The position numbers were made by a program, and so were the translations under genes. Positions 52,103-62,331 of a stretch of DNA of 64,000 bases are shown one piece after another. Origin of the DNA: Candidatus Hodarchaeota archaeon (lineage in GTDB: Archaea; Asgardarchaeota; Lokiarchaeia; Sigyniarchaeales; SOKP01); NCBI GenBank assembly GCA_048887225.1, contig JBHLJY010000005.1, forward strand, positions 1-64,000, given 5' to 3'. The notes under the pieces are model-generated. The model did not search any database. It saw nothing but the letters and a program-made list of their open reading frames with translations, and was not told the DNA's origin. Position 1 is the stretch's first letter. Each line of letters starts with the position of its first letter.

Positions 52103-52711
52103 TTATTGTCTTTGAAATTTTAAGGTTGCAATTCCATTATTTACTTCTAAACTATAATCTTCCATAGAAGTATTGAGAGGTAAATAAATATGTTTGAGAT
52201 AATGGCGAAATTTATTTCGAGCAGAAAATGTTATTTTTCTCTCATCATTATTAAAGCTTAAAATAACATCATCTTTTTGTATTCCTGGAACCTCCAAAAT
52301 AATTTCAGTAGAATCGTGAAAACTGTTAATTTCTGTGTGAGGTTCTATAACATGCGTTTTTTCTTTGTTTTTATTTGGTTCCAAAGAGAGCTCCTTTGCA
52401 TCAATTACTCCCTTAGATTTTAAATCAAATATCTTCTTATATCGAGAATCTGATTCTATATTGTGCTTTTTTAAATATTCAAGAAGCTTTTTTTCATCAA
52501 TATCTCCTTCAATTTTTATTTCTGGTTCATTCATTCCTGATTCGAAATGATACGAAATTTTAAATCCACTTGTATTTTTTTTATTAAAATCTAAATCTTT
52601 ATCTAATTCTGGAAAAATGAAGAAGTCCGCATCAAATAAGTTTGAATTAAATTTGAAAAATTTTCTTATCTCATCAAAAACATCATTAAAATCTTCCGAC
52701 ACATTTCTCAC
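52103..52711 (-). CDS. hsp20: small heat shock protein (Hsp20)
   Basis: EP..EI...EVPG...Y.KHI.LP...NNGI alpha-crystallin pattern. Confidence 0.8.
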   Translation of the reverse strand: MRNVSEDFNDVFDEIRKFFKFNSNLFDADFFIFPELDKDLDFNKKNTSGFKISYHFESGMNEPEIKIEGDIDEKKLLEYLKKHNIESDSRYKKIFDLKSKGVIDAKELSLEPNKNKEKTHVIEPHTEINSFHDSTEIILEVPGIQKDDVILSFNNDERKITFSARNKFRHYLKHIYLPLNTSMEDYSLEVNNGIATLKFQRQ

Positions 52712-52850
52712 CTTTTTTTGTTATTTTGTCAACTTTTTCTTTACAATTAAATAATGACATTTCAAATATTAAAATTTATCGGTAATATAAAGAAAAAAAA
52801 TGAAACTAATTTCGATAAAATAAAAACAAAAAAGAACTGGCGAATATTTC

Positions 52851-53909
52851 TTATATTTCTTTTTTAACCTTCTCTATGACTTTATAAGTTCGATTGAGTA
52901 ACTCATAAGCTATTTGAGGAAGCTGCCATCCTCCTAGCCCACAATCAGGACCTATATATTTCAATCGATCGTCATATATTTCCATTGCAGTTAATAAATT
53001 TTTCTTAATTTTTTCTTTAGAATCAATCAAGTTTAATTTGCCAGATAGAGTGTTTATTTCATCCATAGAAATTCCTGAATCTAGTTTCTCAGCAATTATA
53101 TTATCAATATTGGTTCTTGTGATACCTACTCGTATAAATTTATCGTATTGTTCTAAATCTTTTTTTGGAATTTTGTTGGTCGGATCAGATGCGTATTCAC
53201 AAGTTAAAACATCAAAGTTTTTCGTTTGCATAGCGAGAGTTGCTTTATTTAAAGTATGGAGGTGAATTTGATTCGTGGCGTTAATTCCCTCTATTGATTT
53301 GTCAAAGATTTGGATAATTTCATCGTTGTTGACATTAAATATGTCAATATACCCAAATGATGGCTCATCAATGGAAATTATTGAAGTTTCCATATATTTT
53401 TCGTTTACAATTGAATTTTTTATAAATGAATTAACTGATTTAGCGAAATTTAAAGCTAAATCTGAATAAATTGTAAAACCTTGTTGTTTAATATATAACT
53501 CAATGGGCCCTGTTACGCAAATCTTAACTTTTAGAGAATTTCCCGTTTTTTCGTAATATTTTTTTGCATAATTATCGATCACATACATCTCAGGAATATA
53601 CGCTTTTTCTGGATCTATTAAACCAGGCTCTTTTTCGTAATCTGAAAGAGGTATTAAGAATTGATTATACATGTCCATGTGCTGTGGATAATTGACAATT
53701 TCAACCCCCGCTTTCAATTTTAATTGAAATGATTGAAGTATTGGGTGAATAAAGTAATTATTTATTCCGCTATGCTCTAAAATATCTTGGTAATTTTTAT
53801 TTCCAAGTGCCTTATATGTAATCCAATAAAAATGTTTAAACCGATCTAGATCTATATGTTCAGGCAACGGGAAACTACCAATATCGTCAAATATCGGGAA
53901 TTCTTTCAT
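52851..53909 (-). CDS. cobalamin-independent methionine synthase-like (core MetE)
   Basis: DDIGSFPLP, VTGP, IDEPS, HLH, GPDCGL. Confidence 0.8.
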   Translation of the reverse strand: MKEFPIFDDIGSFPLPEHIDLDRFKHFYWITYKALGNKNYQDILEHSGINNYFIHPILQSFQLKLKAGVEIVNYPQHMDMYNQFLIPLSDYEKEPGLIDPEKAYIPEMYVIDNYAKKYYEKTGNSLKVKICVTGPIELYIKQQGFTIYSDLALNFAKSVNSFIKNSIVNEKYMETSIISIDEPSFGYIDIFNVNNDEIIQIFDKSIEGINATNQIHLHTLNKATLAMQTKNFDVLTCEYASDPTNKIPKKDLEQYDKFIRVGITRTNIDNIIAEKLDSGISMDEINTLSGKLNLIDSKEKIKKNLLTAMEIYDDRLKYIGPDCGLGGWQLPQIAYELLNRTYKVIEKVKKEI

Positions 53910-54066
53910 ACAAATTTCATAATGTTTAATGTTAAAAAAATTTTTATGAAAAAACCTTTAATTATATATAAGAACGAGTACTATAAACGAGTCAATTAAA
54001 CTTTTTTTATAAAAGACTTATTCAAAAATATGATAATTTTTAAAATAATTTTAATCTCTTATAATT

Positions 54067-55125
54067 ATGAAAAAGACTTTAACACCTAAAGAAATCAAGC
54101 AATATAAAAGACGCCAAATTGGCAGATTAGCAATTGCTGCGAAACAAGCCAAGGAAAGTGGAGGGAAACCATTTATTTTTCATTTTCTTACAACTCTAAA
54201 ATGCAATTGTAATTGCGAAAGTTGTTTTTGGAAAGATAATGCTGTTAAAAATGAGTTAACCTTAGACGAAATTAAACGAATTTATTTAGAAGCTAAAGAT
54301 TCTGGGTTTTTACTCTCTATATTATGGGGCGGAGAGCCTACGCTACGTAAAGATATTACAGAAATTATAAAATTTGCGAAAAGAGAGGCGAATTTCGCGT
54401 TTATTGGGATGGTTACAAATGGATATTTACTTCCTAAGAGAATTCACGAGTTTGGAGATGATTTAGATCTGATTTTATTATCTCTTGATTCTCCAAGAAG
54501 AGAAGAGCATGACGAAATTAGGGTTTTACCAGGTCTCTACGATAAAATCATGGAAGCTGTAGATATCATTAAGGATGAGTTTCCTTTTATATCGTTACAG
54601 TTTAGTTTCTCTATTAGCAAGTATAATATTTATCGAGTAGAAGAAATGATTGCCTTAGGTGATAAGTTGGACGTTCCTATAGCTTTCAACGTAATTAATA
54701 TTATGCGCCATTATTCTATAGGTGTTGTTGATGAAAAAGAAGTACTTGCTGCAGGTAGCGATGAAATTAGTAATTCATTTTCAAAAATTTTGGAGGCTAA
54801 AAGAAATGGTTCAAGGATTTTATGTTCAGAAATGTATTTAAAACACTTCATCGGAGGTAAAAAGCCTTATCGATGCCATGCTAAAAAGGTGTTCATGTTT
54901 GTCAACTCTAATGGAGATATTGAAAACTGCCTCCAATTAGACAAACCAATTGCAAACTTAAGAGAAATTTCTGTTAAGGAAGTTCTCGAATTACCACGAT
55001 TTAAAAAATTCATTAAGGATACTGAAAACTGTTGTACTTGCAATTCTCCCACCATGATTGATACAAGTTATATTTGGGAAGATTTTACTCTGTTGTCTAA
55101 AGCGGGAGGAATTTCTTTTGGTTAA
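54067..55125 (+). CDS. radical SAM protein with SPASM/twitch-like C-terminus
   Basis: CNCNCESC, GGEPTL, TNG, SLDS, C...G.I.NC...CCTC. Confidence 0.9.
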   Translation: MKKTLTPKEIKQYKRRQIGRLAIAAKQAKESGGKPFIFHFLTTLKCNCNCESCFWKDNAVKNELTLDEIKRIYLEAKDSGFLLSILWGGEPTLRKDITEIIKFAKREANFAFIGMVTNGYLLPKRIHEFGDDLDLILLSLDSPRREEHDEIRVLPGLYDKIMEAVDIIKDEFPFISLQFSFSISKYNIYRVEEMIALGDKLDVPIAFNVINIMRHYSIGVVDEKEVLAAGSDEISNSFSKILEAKRNGSRILCSEMYLKHFIGGKKPYRCHAKKVFMFVNSNGDIENCLQLDKPIANLREISVKEVLELPRFKKFIKDTENCCTCNSPTMIDTSYIWEDFTLLSKAGGISFG

Positions 55126-55362
55126 GATTTAATAAGTAAGTAAAAAAGAATGAAAAATATAAAAAAAATAAAAGTAAAGTGCCTAAATCGTCGAATTGAA
55201 GAATTTATTTCATCAAAATTGATAATTTTTTGAAATAAAAAGATTTTAGAAGGTGAATATCCAATTGAGAATTATAAATATTAATAAATTCTAAACAATT
55301 GTTTATCTATATTATTTTAATAGAATTCAATACACAGTATTGTATAACCATAACTTAAAAAA

Positions 55363-56499
55363 TTGAAAAAAATGATGAAAATAGAAAAATTGCCCAAAGA
55401 ATGCGAAGAATACATGACTCCTAAGGAAAGAATCTTAGGTCTAATAATGCGGAAAAAACTGGATAGGATACCGGTTTTTCCATTTGTTTCTGCCGCTGCA
55501 GCACAATTACTTAACCTTAATTATGGAGAATATGCACAAAAGCCGGATTTGTTTTTACGTGCTCAAATTGAAGCTCAAAAATTATTTGGTTATGATGCGA
55601 TTACTGCGATGCCAGATTTATGCGTTGAAGCACAAGGTTTTGGAGCGAAAATAATTTACCCTACTAACAACGCAGCATATCCAGATCCATATCATCCTGT
55701 TATTAAGTCTGCTGAAGAATATAAGAATATTGATAAATTGTTTGATTGGTCTCACGCAGATAGAATGAAAAATCAACTAAAGGTTGTAAGTACTATAAAT
55801 GAACAATTACCCGATATGATGATAGGTGGAATGTCTATAGGTCCACTAGGACTTATTTCTAGATTAAGAAATATTAATGATTTTGTGCGTGATTTTATTC
55901 ATCATCCTGATAAAATTCATGAGGCTGCAGAAAAAGTAACTGATATTCAAATTGAATATATAGAGAAACAAATTGAGGCAGGAGCCAAGACAATAATGCT
56001 ACCAGTTGTTTTAGCTGAGAGAGAACTGATGAGTAAAGAAATGTGGTTAGAATTAGATATGCCTTACCAACAGAGGATTGCTAAATTTATCAAGAGAAAA
56101 AGGGCTCTATATTGTATACATACATGTGGTCGTGGTCCTTATTTCGATCTTTTAATTGAACACCTTAAACCTGTTCTTATCCAGAATGCTTTTTTACCAG
56201 ATGGTGTTAAAACCGAAGAGGAAATGATTGAAAAATACGGTAAAAAGTTAGTATTCTTAGGCTTTCTAAGTGTTGCATTGCTTGCTTGGTCAACTCCGAT
56301 GGAAGTAATAGCAGAATGTAAAAGAGAACTTGAAGTTTTTGGGAAATCTCCCGCAGGATATTTACTTGGAGCATCGTGTGAATATCCTCCATACGCTCCT
56401 TTATACAACGCACTGGCGGTGGTAAAGGCTGCTAGAATGTACGGTGCTAATTTTAAAACTGGAGAAGGACCGAATTACATAGAGGAGGGTGCAACCTAA
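55363..56499 (+). CDS. MtaA/CmuA-family methyltransferase (UROD fold)
   Basis: MTPKER, DRIPV, VEAQGFG, HTCG, GASCE Zn ligands. Confidence 0.85.
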   Translation: MKKMMKIEKLPKECEEYMTPKERILGLIMRKKLDRIPVFPFVSAAAAQLLNLNYGEYAQKPDLFLRAQIEAQKLFGYDAITAMPDLCVEAQGFGAKIIYPTNNAAYPDPYHPVIKSAEEYKNIDKLFDWSHADRMKNQLKVVSTINEQLPDMMIGGMSIGPLGLISRLRNINDFVRDFIHHPDKIHEAAEKVTDIQIEYIEKQIEAGAKTIMLPVVLAERELMSKEMWLELDMPYQQRIAKFIKRKRALYCIHTCGRGPYFDLLIEHLKPVLIQNAFLPDGVKTEEEMIEKYGKKLVFLGFLSVALLAWSTPMEVIAECKRELEVFGKSPAGYLLGASCEYPPYAPLYNALAVVKAARMYGANFKTGEGPNYIEEGAT

Positions 56500-56501
56500 A
56501 A

Positions 56502-57140
56502 ATGTCAAGAGAAGAAATTTTGGAAAAACTAAAGAATAGTGTTATAGATTGCGATGAAGAGATGGCAAAGGAAGCTGCCAAAGAAGCGTTAGAGGCAGGA
56601 ATAGACCCGATGAATGCTTTAAAAAAGGGGCTTTATATAGGTTTGAAAGAAGTTTGCAAGCAATATGAAGAAACTGTCTATATAACAGAAATGATATTTG
56701 CCACAGATACATTTTATGCGGGCGCTAACATATTAAAATCAAGTATAGATCCTGAAAAATTAAAAAAACATAGAAAAGGTATTGCTGTAATTGGTGTTGT
56801 TGAAGGAGATATTCACGATCTTGGTAAAAATATGGTAAAGTATCTAATGGAAGCAGAAGGTTTTGAAATTCATGATTTAGGATTTGACGTAAAAGCAGAG
56901 AGATTTATAGAAGAGGCAGAAAGATATAATGCAGATCTGATTTTAATCTCATTGATGTTAAGTTCAATGTATCCACAAATAAGTAAAATCGTCGAATTAG
57001 CAAAAGAAAAAGGTTTGAAAGCAAAAATAATGGCTGGTGGAGGACCAGTTTCAGAGGGAATCGCTCAAAAATATGGCGCAGACGGATGGGCTCTGACTGG
57101 CCCCTTAGCTGTTGAAAAAGCTTTAGACTTACTTAAATAG
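56502..57140 (+). CDS. corrinoid (B12-binding) protein, MtaC/MtbC-like
   Basis: GDIHDLGKN, DLG.DV, GGGP, GADGW. Confidence 0.92.
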   Translation: MSREEILEKLKNSVIDCDEEMAKEAAKEALEAGIDPMNALKKGLYIGLKEVCKQYEETVYITEMIFATDTFYAGANILKSSIDPEKLKKHRKGIAVIGVVEGDIHDLGKNMVKYLMEAEGFEIHDLGFDVKAERFIEEAERYNADLILISLMLSSMYPQISKIVELAKEKGLKAKIMAGGGPVSEGIAQKYGADGWALTGPLAVEKALDLLK

Positions 57141-57181
57141 ATTTAACTTTATAGATTTTTTAATATTATTTTTATAATAAA

Positions 57182-58609
57182 ATGCTTATAACACCCACTA
57201 AAATTTATGAAGATTTTAGGAATAATATTTTAGATAAACATTCCGCTGTTGATATTTTAATCTCATTAATAGAAAATAGTAAAAATAATATCATAAGAAC
57301 TGAAAGCATTGGAATTATTGATGAAATTGGATATAGACACGATAAAATCTTTAAACTTTTTGAAAACTTATTAATATCAGATTCGAATAAAGGAGTTAGA
57401 ATTGCTGCTGCTAATGCAATTTATAAAAATTTTTTAGGTAAAGCATTAAGTCCAATGATGTGGACAATTCTTAATGAAACATCATTAGAATGTTTAAATA
57501 TAGTTAAAAATTCTTTAACCAATATAATAAAAACATTGTTAGAAAGAGATGATAGCTTCTCTAAAGCAATCCTAATTAAAGAAATAAAGAAGATATCTAA
57601 TCAAAAATTTAACGATAACTTATACGATCTGATTAATGACGGGCAAATTAAAGAATTTTCAAGCAAAGAATTAGCTCAAGTGTTAATTGATTACATTACA
57701 ATTTCATTTTTAAAAAAACAATTCCAAAGATTAAATTTTGAGTTAGAAAATGGAATAGTTAAAAAATTAGATTTAAGATTTAGATATTATAACAAATCCT
57801 CAGAGTTAATATCACCTTCTTCTCCTTTAATAATTCCGATTATAAAAACCAATGAATTAGATACTCAAGCAGGATCAATTATTCCTCTTTCTTCTTGTAA
57901 AGAACTACATTTAAGTTATAATTCTTTAAAAGAATTTCCTAATTGGATAAAATCCCTTTCTTCTCTTGAATCTATATTTTTACATGGAAATAGATTAACT
58001 GAACTTCCAGATTGGATTGGTTCTCTCAGTTCACTTAAAAAAATAGGATTATCTGGAAATAATTTATCATCGCTCCCTAAATCTTTATTAGATCTTAGCT
58101 CACTTAGATATTTGGGGGTGAGTGATAATCATCTTAAATATGTACCCGAATGGTTAGGATCGCTTACTTCGCTTGAAAGATTATGGTTAGATAATAATCA
58201 TATTTTATCTCTTCCTGAGTCGCTTAAATCGCTTTCTTCGCTTAAATCTCTCTATTTAGGAAATAATAATTTAAAGATCCTTCCTGAAATTTTTGAGTCA
58301 TTTAATTCTCTTAAGGCTCTATGGCTGGAAGGGAATAAGATAGAAAAACTCCCTGAATCAATAGGTTCTCTTTCTTCCCTTGAATATCTGTATTTAAATG
58401 ATAATAAGATAAATGTCCTTCCAAAGTCAATAAGTAAGCTTTCTTCGTTGAAATTTTTACATCTTAATAATAATATGCTGATGAAAATTCCAGAATCGTT
58501 AGAACATCTCTCCTCTCTTAAAGAGATATGGTTAAAAGGTAATAATTTAAAGGAAATTCCTGATTCTGTAAAAGAATTGAAAGAAAGGGGGATTTCAGTT
58601 TATATATAA
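57182..58609 (+). CDS. HEAT-like plus leucine-rich repeat protein
   Basis: N-terminal 'LLISDSNKGVRIAAA' HEAT; about 10 23-aa LRRs (LPESIGSLSSLEYLYLNDNKI). Confidence 0.9.
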   Translation: MLITPTKIYEDFRNNILDKHSAVDILISLIENSKNNIIRTESIGIIDEIGYRHDKIFKLFENLLISDSNKGVRIAAANAIYKNFLGKALSPMMWTILNETSLECLNIVKNSLTNIIKTLLERDDSFSKAILIKEIKKISNQKFNDNLYDLINDGQIKEFSSKELAQVLIDYITISFLKKQFQRLNFELENGIVKKLDLRFRYYNKSSELISPSSPLIIPIIKTNELDTQAGSIIPLSSCKELHLSYNSLKEFPNWIKSLSSLESIFLHGNRLTELPDWIGSLSSLKKIGLSGNNLSSLPKSLLDLSSLRYLGVSDNHLKYVPEWLGSLTSLERLWLDNNHILSLPESLKSLSSLKSLYLGNNNLKILPEIFESFNSLKALWLEGNKIEKLPESIGSLSSLEYLYLNDNKINVLPKSISKLSSLKFLHLNNNMLMKIPESLEHLSSLKEIWLKGNNLKEIPDSVKELKERGISVYI

Positions 58610-60565
58610 TTAAAAAAAATAATATTTGTTAAGTAGATAATTGATTTCCTCTATATTTAGTTTAAATAATTGGAAAAATAATTCATCAATAATTTTTTGA
58701 ATAAAATCTTCATCATTATATTTTAGAGCTACCTTAATATCTGCCATTAAATCTATTTGGTTAAAAATTGAAAAGTATCGTAAATTTTTTAATTTTAAAG
58801 AAAAGTTATTTAAATTGTGCTTTTTAGAGGAACAATGAAGTTCAATTAACCAAGAGATAAGGAATCTAATTAAAGATATAATAGCTAAATCTTCCGCAGA
58901 CTGAAATTTTTCCAAATTTGGTATAGGTAATCCATATTCAAGTTTTGTTTTACTTCTTTTAATTTGAATATTTTTTGCCTTAAATAGAAAATGAACAAGT
59001 CTGGAATTTAAATAGGCCAGAATAAATCTATAGTTTATTTTCTCTTCCGAAAATCTTGGCCACAGAAAATATGTATCTGAGGTCGCAAAATAAGGAGAAT
59101 CTGAATATCCAAATATGTTTTTAGTTGAAATATATTTTAAAAAGATTTTTTTACTATTCTCATATAAAGGTTCGAGATCTATTAATTTATCTTTAAAAGC
59201 TTTTTCAAACATTCTAATAGAAGTACCTCTTCTTGGAAAATAAAAGTCATTAGGATTTTCTTTTGCGATTATCAATATTTCTCGCAATTCTTTTTCAAAT
59301 TGTTTTAAATATGCAGTTAGAACAGGATATTTTTTATCGTATAATTGATTCCGTTTGTTTACTTCGTAGAAAGGGAATTCATTTTTATTGAAATATATCG
59401 CATATCCTTCATTATCATTATGAATATATCCATAATGCCTTATAGATTTACTCTTGTATATTTTTTTAAGCCTATCTTTTTCAACCTCAGAAAGTTTTAA
59501 AAATTGATTATTTACCTTAACAAAATATTCATTATGTTTAATTTTTAAGTTATCGCCCTCATTTAAAATAAAAATATTGTCTTTAATGAAGATTAATCCA
59601 TTGCGAATTATAAAATAATCTCTCAAAAAAGAAATATCGCTGTTAATGGAACAGAAATTTTCGATTTTATCGACAATCTCTTTAACTTCTTGAGGATAGA
59701 TCAGATTCCAGCTGCCTTCTCTTTTCAATTTTCTATTATTTAAAGCAGATTCATATCTCAATATATCATTTGAATCAGCGTTCTTGATTAAATTCTTAAA
59801 GATATTTTTATTAAACAATTTATCTGATATATTACAATCCTTTTTCTTACGAACTTGAATAATTTCTATAGGTTTATCAATGCTTTGTACTTTTTCTTGC
59901 TCATTTTTCTTTTGTATTACAAATACACAGTTATGCTGTCCTTCAGCTCCCTTAAATAATTTTAAACGCGACAAATCAACATATTGAAGTAGAAAACACT
60001 CGTCTAGTATATGAGGTTTAAGTAATTTTATTCCAGTTTTTTCAGATTTCGTAATCCAATAATTTGTTGTAATAAACGAAAGAATCCCTCCAGGATTTAA
60101 TTTTAATATTCCTAAATGAATAAAAAAATAAAATAAATCCATATTGCCAACGAAAAACTTCTTACAAATTGGAAATTTATGCACATATTCTTGGAAAATC
60201 TCAGCGTTATAGTTCTGTCCTAAATATGGTGGATTTCCAATTATTAAATCATACTTATCGTTAATTTTTGAACCTAAGACGTTTTTAAATTTGAATTTTA
60301 CCCCTGGATAAGCATCTAAGAGATAATCCTTCAAATTTTTATCTATTTCATAAGCAGTAATATCAGAAAAATTATTCTGAATTAAATATTTCAAAAAAAT
60401 TCCTTTTCCAACGGATGTTTCTAAAACTTTTATATCGCGAGGATTTTTTTTGAGATTTCCTATGAATTTTAATACATTATTAACCATGAATTTTGCGATA
60501 TATCTTGGAGTAAATATTTGGCCTATTGACTCGCTTCCATTATAATTTCTCTTATTTAAAACCAT
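58610..60565 (-). CDS. N6-adenine DNA methyltransferase (Eco57I/TaqI-like, gamma class)
   Basis: GQIFTP, VLETSVGKGIF, IIGNPPY, DLFYFF, C-terminal LAYLNS TaqI_C-like. Confidence 0.85.
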   Translation of the reverse strand: MVLNKRNYNGSESIGQIFTPRYIAKFMVNNVLKFIGNLKKNPRDIKVLETSVGKGIFLKYLIQNNFSDITAYEIDKNLKDYLLDAYPGVKFKFKNVLGSKINDKYDLIIGNPPYLGQNYNAEIFQEYVHKFPICKKFFVGNMDLFYFFIHLGILKLNPGGILSFITTNYWITKSEKTGIKLLKPHILDECFLLQYVDLSRLKLFKGAEGQHNCVFVIQKKNEQEKVQSIDKPIEIIQVRKKKDCNISDKLFNKNIFKNLIKNADSNDILRYESALNNRKLKREGSWNLIYPQEVKEIVDKIENFCSINSDISFLRDYFIIRNGLIFIKDNIFILNEGDNLKIKHNEYFVKVNNQFLKLSEVEKDRLKKIYKSKSIRHYGYIHNDNEGYAIYFNKNEFPFYEVNKRNQLYDKKYPVLTAYLKQFEKELREILIIAKENPNDFYFPRRGTSIRMFEKAFKDKLIDLEPLYENSKKIFLKYISTKNIFGYSDSPYFATSDTYFLWPRFSEEKINYRFILAYLNSRLVHFLFKAKNIQIKRSKTKLEYGLPIPNLEKFQSAEDLAIISLIRFLISWLIELHCSSKKHNLNNFSLKLKNLRYFSIFNQIDLMADIKVALKYNDEDFIQKIIDELFFQLFKLNIEEINYLLNKYYFF

Positions 60566-60702
60566 CTAATTTAAATAATAGGTTGTAAAATCTAAATAAT
60601 TGTTGGTTTATTCATTTGATATTAAATTTAAAAACTAATAATTAGGGATTAATTAGAGTGATTTTTAATCCCCCAGTACCCATAGAATAAATTTATTTAA
60701 TA

Positions 60703-62223
60703 TTAAGGACTATGAGGATGTTGTTCCATTTTTATATTTACTGGCCTCAAAGATCCAATTGCCCAGCCCGTTAATTCATTGAGAGACGGATGAATTATCA
60801 TAGAATGGTAAATCGGCATAAATGATCCCCCTTCTGGACAAGCTCGAGCTATTTTAGGAAGATCTCTTTCCTCAGAATATTCGGGCAAAACGCATGAAAA
60901 ACCAGCGTTCATTAAATAAACGAAAGGTTGAACTAAAATCGCAGCATGGGGGCCTACAACATGAGCGCCTAAAATTCTATATGATTTATCAACGATTAAC
61001 TTTACAAAACCATCGTCCTCCTTGTTTTCTTCAAAACCCATTGCGAAACCTTTAGCAACAGAAGAATAATGGTTTATGGCAACAAATATTTCATGCCCTT
61101 TATCAATTGCTTCTTCTTGAGTCATGCCAACATGTCCAATTTGTGGATAGGTAAAAATCGCCCAAGGAACGGAGGAATAATCCACTGATTTGCGTTGTTC
61201 TTCCGGACCAAATATATTATTAGTGCATATTTCTGCCTCGTAATTTGCCTTATGACGAAATTGATAAAGTCCATTAGCATCGCCTAAACACCAAATATTT
61301 TTTTTGTTAGTTTCCAAATAGTTATCAGCTTTAATCCACCCTCGTTTATCAGTTTCAACACCTGTTTTTTCTGGTTTTAACCAATCGGTGTTTGAACGAC
61401 GTCCTGTTGCCACCAGAATCTCTTCAGCGTTAATCTCTTTTTTTTCACCAGTTTTTGTATTTTCAATCGTTACAACTTTTAAATTTCCTTTCTTACTTGC
61501 TTTGATCGCTTTATAATTAACTAGGACCGTCATAAATTTTTTAAAATTATTTTCGAGAAAAGCGCTTATTTCAGGCTCCTCAGTAACAACTAATCTAGGT
61601 AGCATTTCTACTATTGTAACTTCAGTTCCAAAGGCAGAAAAAATATGTGCAAATTCGGCAGCAATAACACCTCCACCAATTATTATAAGGCTTTTCCAAG
61701 GTTTCTTTGGAAAGTTTTCTCCAAAAAAGCTCTCGTTAGTAATATAGCCAACTTTTTCTAAGCCCTCTATTGGAGGAACAAATGAACGAGCACCAGATGC
61801 AATGATAAATATTTTTCCTTTAAACGGTTCAGAATAACCAGATCCGTCGTTTAACTTGATTTTCATTTCATATTCTCCAGTAAATTCTCCAATTCCTCTA
61901 TACATCGTTAGGTTAGGAACGGTAGATAACTCTTCTTCCATTTTTTTACTTTCGTCAATATGCTCCCACATTCTTTTTGAAATTAAATCCCATTCAATTT
62001 TCTTTAAATCAAATTGAATTCCAACATTACTCGCGTGCTGAGCTTCCCTAATCATATCGGCAGGATAAACTAAAATTTTCGAAGGGATACATCCTCGTGT
62101 TAAACATGTAGCTCCAATTTTGTAATCTTCTATAAGAGCACATTTCAATCCCTTTCGGAGCCCAGTATTTAAAACGCTTAATCCAGCGCCACTCCCAATA
62201 ACTACTAAATCGTAACTTTCCAT
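60703..62223 (-). CDS. dihydrolipoamide dehydrogenase / pyridine nucleotide-disulfide reductase
   Basis: GSGAG, GATCLTRGCIPSK, GGGVI, GD, HPSLNE. Confidence 0.88.
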   Translation of the reverse strand: MESYDLVVIGSGAGLSVLNTGLRKGLKCALIEDYKIGATCLTRGCIPSKILVYPADMIREAQHASNVGIQFDLKKIEWDLISKRMWEHIDESKKMEEELSTVPNLTMYRGIGEFTGEYEMKIKLNDGSGYSEPFKGKIFIIASGARSFVPPIEGLEKVGYITNESFFGENFPKKPWKSLIIIGGGVIAAEFAHIFSAFGTEVTIVEMLPRLVVTEEPEISAFLENNFKKFMTVLVNYKAIKASKKGNLKVVTIENTKTGEKKEINAEEILVATGRRSNTDWLKPEKTGVETDKRGWIKADNYLETNKKNIWCLGDANGLYQFRHKANYEAEICTNNIFGPEEQRKSVDYSSVPWAIFTYPQIGHVGMTQEEAIDKGHEIFVAINHYSSVAKGFAMGFEENKEDDGFVKLIVDKSYRILGAHVVGPHAAILVQPFVYLMNAGFSCVLPEYSEERDLPKIARACPEGGSFMPIYHSMIIHPSLNELTGWAIGSLRPVNIKMEQHPHSP

Positions 62224-62331
62224 AATTTCAATTTATCTATATCCCTTTTAAAGTTTATATTAATGCTTTAAAAATTTTTTATGAAAAAATTTTTAATGGA
62301 AGAAGAAAATAACAAAAAAAGAGAGTAAACA

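Noticed and set aside
60645-60672. Hairpin GGGATTAA...TTAATCCC
   Set aside because: Probably a simple terminator or spacer hairpin; no additional conserved RNA motifs recognisable
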